Assembly: GCF_006345805.1 (NCBI RefSeq)
Contig: NC_043013.1
Location: 58,652,001-58,716,000 of the forward strand
Direction: 5' to 3'
Origin: Octopus sinensis
Lineage: Eukaryota
Length of the DNA stretch: 64,000 nucleotides
Numbering within the stretch: the first letter of the stretch is position 1; each line of letters begins with the position of its first letter. This document shows, in pieces, positions 58,250-64,000 of this stretch. The notes below the pieces were generated by a model, which searched no databases, had not been told where the DNA came from, and saw only the letters and a program-made list of their open reading frames with translations. A program made the position numbers and the translations under genes.

Positions 58250-60560
58250 ATATGACCAATTTCACAAGTAAAACCAGCCAATTCTACGGTATTCTCAAGA
58301 TACACAAAAGTGAGAAAATAAGTAACGCATGCAAGATAGCCACAGACAAAATAATTAAAGTCCCTACTCCTAATGACCTCACATTGAGACCTATAATAGC
58401 AGGTCCCGCATGCGAAACCCACCTCCTCAGTAACTTTTTAGATACCCTCTTAAAACCACTCCTCAAACATGTCAAAAGCTATATAGGGGACGACCTGGAT
58501 ATGCTCAATCACCTGCCTAAAACAATAAACAAAAACACCCTACTAGTATCCTTCGATGTAGTCAACCTCTATTCCAATATCCCTCACAACCTAGGAATCG
58601 AGGCAATTCAATTCTGGCTAGAGAATCACGCCAACGAACTCCCACATCGCATCAAAAAAGAATTTGTGATAGAAGGTCTAAAATTCATCCTGGAAAATAA
58701 CTACTTCGCCTTCAAAGACAACTTCTACCGACAAAAATCGGGGACTGCGATGGGTACACGAATGGCCCCCTCCTTTGCCAACCTAGTCATGGAATATCTA
58801 GAAATCAGTCTGTATCGTAAGGTTCTGGAAAGATATGGCAGCCCTTTCTCCATCTACATAGAAAACAACTGGAAGAGATACCTAGATGACTGTTTCATTC
58901 TTTGGCAAACTTAAAGAATTCCAAGCACTTTTAAATGGACTTGACGTAAACATCCAATTCACGATGGAATATAGCCAGCAACAACTCCCTTTCCTCCACA
59001 TCCTCATTAAGAAATCTAATAATGTAATAGAAACAGATATATACTACAAGCCTACGGATTCCAAGCTATATCTTCCATTCAATTCATGCGACCCCAAACA
59101 CACCAGAATGAATATCCCCTTCAATCTAGCAAAAAGGATATGTACTATAGTTTCTAATACAAACAACAGAGACACACGACTACATGAACTAAAAGATACC
59201 CTCATCACCAGGAACTACTCACCTTCACTAATTCAACGTGCCCTTCAACTCAACATCCAGGAACTCAGACATCCCAAATTAAAGAAAAATTTACGACCAA
59301 AAGCCTTACTATACACACACAACCCTCTCAATAATGAAGCCTTCGACACCATCCTCCAAAACATACCCCTGCTAAAAAAGGACCACAGAATGAACTTAAT
59401 CCTCCAAACACACACGATCATAAAAAGCAAGAGACAGCCCAAATCTATGAAAAGTCTCTTAACACAAGCCCGAATACGCTCACCAACACAGAAGCCGACA
59501 GTAAAAAAATGTGGAAGACCCAATTGTGGGATATGCGATTATCTAATTGAGGGATCAGAGTTCTCCTTCAAACAGGGACAACGTTTCACAGTGAAAAGCA
59601 ACTTCACATGTGCTTCGGAGAACCTGATATACACACTAACCTGCTCTGGGTGTCAAGAGCAATACATAGGCCAAACAAAAAATAGTTTACCTTAAAGAAT
59701 GGCCCTGCACAGATCCCAGATAAAAATTTCCCAAAACAGAAAAATAGCATTCAGCCAACACATCGACATTTGTGCCAACAACAAAACTCCAAGCTTCAGA
59801 ATTTTTCCCCTCTACAATTTCAGGGACGATACAACCTGGAGCCAACGAATTAGTAAAAAAACTCTCTTTATTACAAAATACAGGCCCCTTCTGAACGCGT
59901 CTACGACAAACGATATATCCACCCTGGCCTTAGAATAACACAAATACACACGCAAATATTACATTCCTAAGAATCCATTAAAAATCAGCCCCAATCACTG
60001 CTATAATTCATAACGTGCCAACTTTAAGTCATCCAATACCTCACTACTTTCACTCATTCATATTCTCCCTTCTCTTTCTTCCTCCTCTTCTTCTTCTTCT
60101 TCTTCTTCTTCTTCTTCTTCTCCCCCTTTTCCTTCCTTCTCATTCCAAACTTTATCACTAATGCTTTTTAGTATAACACCTACGCAAATTCTATAAACAA
60201 AACTTTCAATAGAAATATTTTCATGAATTGAACAGCAACTGCTAGTCTCCACTGACCATTCAAAATACTACAATCAAGGCACTCCCAAATTCTTCGTCTT
60301 CTTTCTCCCACTCTCCTCCTCTTCCTTCTTCTTCTGCCCTACCAAGAATTCACAACGACCTCGAGACCACAGGAGTAAACAAGAGAGACAGAGAAAGGCA
60401 GAAACAAGGAAAATGCCACTATACAAATATTTAATTGTTACAGTTGAAAAGGTCTCAATGACTGAAACCGGTACTGAAATGTTCTTTATAAAATTAATTT
60501 AGCATTTTCTATCCTGACTTGTTTTTTCATATATATCAACTCGTGTGTTCCTTTTCATCC
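58250..60560 (+). mobile_element. 5'-truncated Penelope-like element (Neptune-like), frameshifted RT + GIY-YIG, 3' UTR and pLTR
   Basis: FYGILKIHK, LRPIIAGPACET, SFDVVNLYSNIP, GTAMGTRMAPSFANL, RYLDDCF, CGRPNCGIC, NLIYTLTCSGCQEQYIGQTK. Frame breaks near 58910 and 59695. Ends at (TA)n/(TACA)n. Confidence 0.92.
60439..60478 (+). ncRNA. Type-I minimal hammerhead ribozyme, U3-A8 variant, in PLE 3' pLTR
   Basis: CAG-TTGAAAA-GGTC(TCAAT)GACT-GAA-ACCGGT-A^CTG. Palindromic helix III, short helix I, about 500 nt after the GIY-YIG stop. Confidence 0.65.
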
Positions 60561-60589
60561 TTATACATACATATACATACATACATATA

Positions 60590-60674
<85 letters not shown>

Positions 60675-60834
60675 GCGTGTATGTATATGTGACGCAACAC
60701 ATAGTTCGTTTACGACCAAATTTTGTAAAGCTATAATAATTTGTAGATTTGACCTCTTGACCTCTGGTACTATCAACTGAATATTGTTTTTGCTTGACAA
60801 TCTGAAACTCGTTTTCTCGGTTCTATATTTTCTA

Positions 60835-60952
60835 TTCTAGGCACAAAGCGCGAAATTGTTGGGGTGGGGGCCAGTCTATTAGATCGACGCAACAGATTCT
60901 CTTAATTTATCGACCCCGAAAGGATAAAAGGCAAAGTTGACTTCGGCAGAAT
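60835..60952 (-). mobile_element. SINE family A fragment with alternative tail
   Basis: TTTATCGACCCCGAAAGGATAAAAGGCAAAGTTGACTTCGGCAGAAT. Confidence 0.75.
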
Positions 60953-61406
60953 GTTTTCAAACAAGCGTACTGAAACTGAACTTCCCTCACCTTCCCGTCT
61001 GACACATGTATATTTAAGTACACCTCTTATTTGGTACCTGGTACCCAGGTGCGCGCGAACGGGCATGTGTGACTGTATGTATATGTGGAGATTTGCATGT
61101 TTTATTTTGTGCATGTATTTTCATGCATATAGATGCATGTCTAGAAATGCTTATATAGTTACGGCCTCTTCAATAACTGCAGCTAGAAAGAGTTTACCCG
61201 TTGAGCTGTAGGTTTCGTTCTGTTCCTCGGATATGTCGTTGATGTTGTGTCCGGCCACGTTGTTTGTAGTAACTCGCTTCATGATAAATTCAAGTTTCAG
61301 TCGAAAATCATTACGATCTTGAATAAAAAGCTCCCTCAGTTAATTCATCTGAAGATTAACCAGTTATTTAACAAGGTTGATAGATGTGGCTTCAAAGTTG
61401 GAGATA

Positions 61407-61442
<36 letters not shown>

Positions 61443-61630
61443 CAGTTTGCAAATGAAGACTATACTCATATATAGATGGGAACTGTTTTGGATTTAAGCA
61501 ACGAAAATTGATTTCGCAAATTTAAATGCGGAAATTACGAAAATTGAGGATTTCGGTACTAATTGCCGTGATAGACGTTAACAGATGATAATTCAGCTGC
61601 ATGTCTAAATAGTCAAATGAAACAGAAAAA

Positions 61631-61662
<32 letters not shown>

Positions 61663-63621
61663 AAATAAATAATAAATAAAACGTCGTTTCCCCATGGATA
61701 TCCGTGATATTTCGTCCATATTCTAATGCAAATTAACTTTCGAAAATTTATATTTTTATGAATTATATATAAAGAGTACTGAGATGTACTTGCATACCAA
61801 GTGACCTGATCTGAGATCGTGTGCTAGAACGAAAACAATTGCGGCGTGGAAGGTGCTTATAAGCCATTTAAATCCGCTAAATTTACTTCAACATTTAAAT
61901 TTAATTTGCCAAAATATTTTCGTCGCTTTGATTGAAACCGCGACCTCTTCACTGGCCAAATTCCGTGCTGCATCTGAGAAGTAACAGTTCGTGATGAATA
62001 TGTGCGTATGTATGTATACATATGCATGCATGTGTGCATGCCTATACGCATGTATGTATCTACGTATATACGTGAGTATTTAGATAAGTGTGTAAATGTG
62101 TCTGTGTGTGTGTACATGTGAACGCATGTTGAATACTGATATATGTCTGTTCAAGTTGTATACATGACTGTTACTTTGTTACACACATATACATATATCT
62201 ATACATGTATATAGACCCACATACGTGTGCGTGTGCGTTTGTCCCTCTCACCACCGTCTAATTGTGAATGGATACAACGTCTTAGATACATATATGCACA
62301 TACAACCTTATACAAGTACACAATCATATAGACACATACACAAATATATGTATAATCTTAAAGTGTGCACACATATACGCGCATCCATCTATACATATAT
62401 ATATGACACTGTTATCAAATTCAAATTTGCTTCTATTTATTTATTTATTTATTTATTTTGACACATATACAATACATATATCTACACACATACTCATACA
62501 TGCATGTACATGCTCATACACTCACATACTCGCAGAACACATACACACAAGTACCCACACACATACATCTACACATACGTACATAAGTATCAAAGTATGT
62601 ACGCTCATACGGTTATATATAACTACATACATGTATTTTAGTATCATTCATCTCAACATGCATGGATGGATTGCCACATGTAAATGAGAGAAAGGGGTGG
62701 CTATAGAGGGTACTCCCGAGTGGAATCTGGGTGTTACCTCATTTGGATTTACGGTTGAGTGTGGGTTTGTATTCTTGTATATAAAGAGTAGATATATTTT
62801 TTTTAATGGATGGGATTTTTGCATAATATAGAATAAACACACACTGGTGTGTGACGGGTCCTCCGCTCCCTATTACAAATTAACGGAGCTTAAACAGTGA
62901 AAATTTACATTTTTATAGAGATGTCACGTGACCAAAAATAAAACATTTTTTAGAAGAAAATGTGGAAGCAAAAGTTTTAAGTCCCTAATTTTTGATATTT
63001 GTGCTTTTTACTCAATCTGAATTTGGACGATCTCTTGAAATGCTTTGTGACTGCAACAATTCTGAATATTTCAAAATTCCTGGACAAAACTAAGTTTATC
63101 AACATTTTTGGAAAACTGAATTTATCCAAAATCGAGTGGATTCCTGTGAGTGACCTTGTATTAGGTCGTCAGGAAATCGGAGAACTTGAATATAATAGTA
63201 GTAATATATATATAGCTATTCACACACACACACACACACACACACAATAATAATAATATATACAGTTTACGTAAACCGTTGTTTAGAGTTACTTGTATAA
63301 AAAACGTTTGTTTCCTCGATGCCTATTTCCATTTCCGTGGATTCGCTTCTGATGCGAATTGATAAGTTAAGGCACTAAGACTAAGATATTTTAAATACAA
63401 GTTACTGTTTGTCCGACCAGGTGTATCAGCAGACACATGACTAACCGATAAATATCAGCGGAACTAATCGATCCTATTCTTATTTGTAGAAAGACACGAG
63501 GCGCTTTAGCCATGGAGTACAATCAATGCAGCCAAATTGAACTTTTATCAAGGTTAAAGGTGTAAGTATATTTACACCGAATCCATAAACACAATTATTA
63601 ATATTTATTGGTAATATACAC

Positions 63622-63661
<40 letters not shown>

Positions 63662-64000
63662 CATGAATATGAGTATAATACTGCAGTGTATACGCATGTT
63701 TAATTCTAGGTGTATATTTGTCGCTACACATGTGCGGTTATATTTATTTACACATGGAATTGTAAGCGTCTGACTTGTACTCTAGGTGCCAGCTGCCCTA
63801 CCTCGGTCTACGCTTGATCCAGGACTGCAGCTGGCACAAAGAGACGAGCTGTGAAAAATCCTGTCTGACAAACGGCAACCATACCGGTTCACCATCAAGG
63901 AAGCGCTGGAGATATCACAGCTTCAGTGCATGTCTGCGCATCAAAGGCCACGACTGCTCGGCCATCAATTGACAGCAAATGGAGCGCATAACCAGTGGAA

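Noticed and set aside
63775-64000. Faint Gypsy integrase zinc-binding-like pattern (PSID..QMERI)
   Set aside because: Requires frameshifts, is cut by the window edge, and is too degenerate to call.

Overview
Eukaryotic, AT-rich, microsatellite-dense DNA made up almost entirely of transposable-element debris. The SINE families and (TA)n/(CA)n/(TACA)n content point to an octopus or other cephalopod genome (inference, no search run). I found no complete host gene, only two low-confidence exon candidates (41.8 kb, 46.0 kb). Main contents: two ~3.7-3.8 kb disabled CR1-clade LINE copies sharing a 5' junction; two large Penelope-like elements (PLE; RT + C-terminal GIY-YIG with a Neptune-type CxxxxCxxC linker), one heavily rearranged; several PLE 3'/pLTR fragments; an internally deleted HERO-type REL-endonuclease LINE; R4/Dong-like and Tx1/L1-like RT fragments; a mariner left end; Helitron-like elements; and many tRNA-derived SINEs. 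The most striking signal is a set of seven well-formed type-I minimal hammerhead ribozyme motifs from about six different repeat families, plus degenerate ones. They include U3-A8 and C4 core variants and a 362-bp tandem unit with no ORF that looks like a retrozyme/circRNA precursor. There is also a 353-bp spacerless palindrome and a 165-bp G-U-rich hairpin. Nearly all ORFs in the supplied track that lie outside these elements are microsatellite artefacts. All alignments and folds were done by eye.
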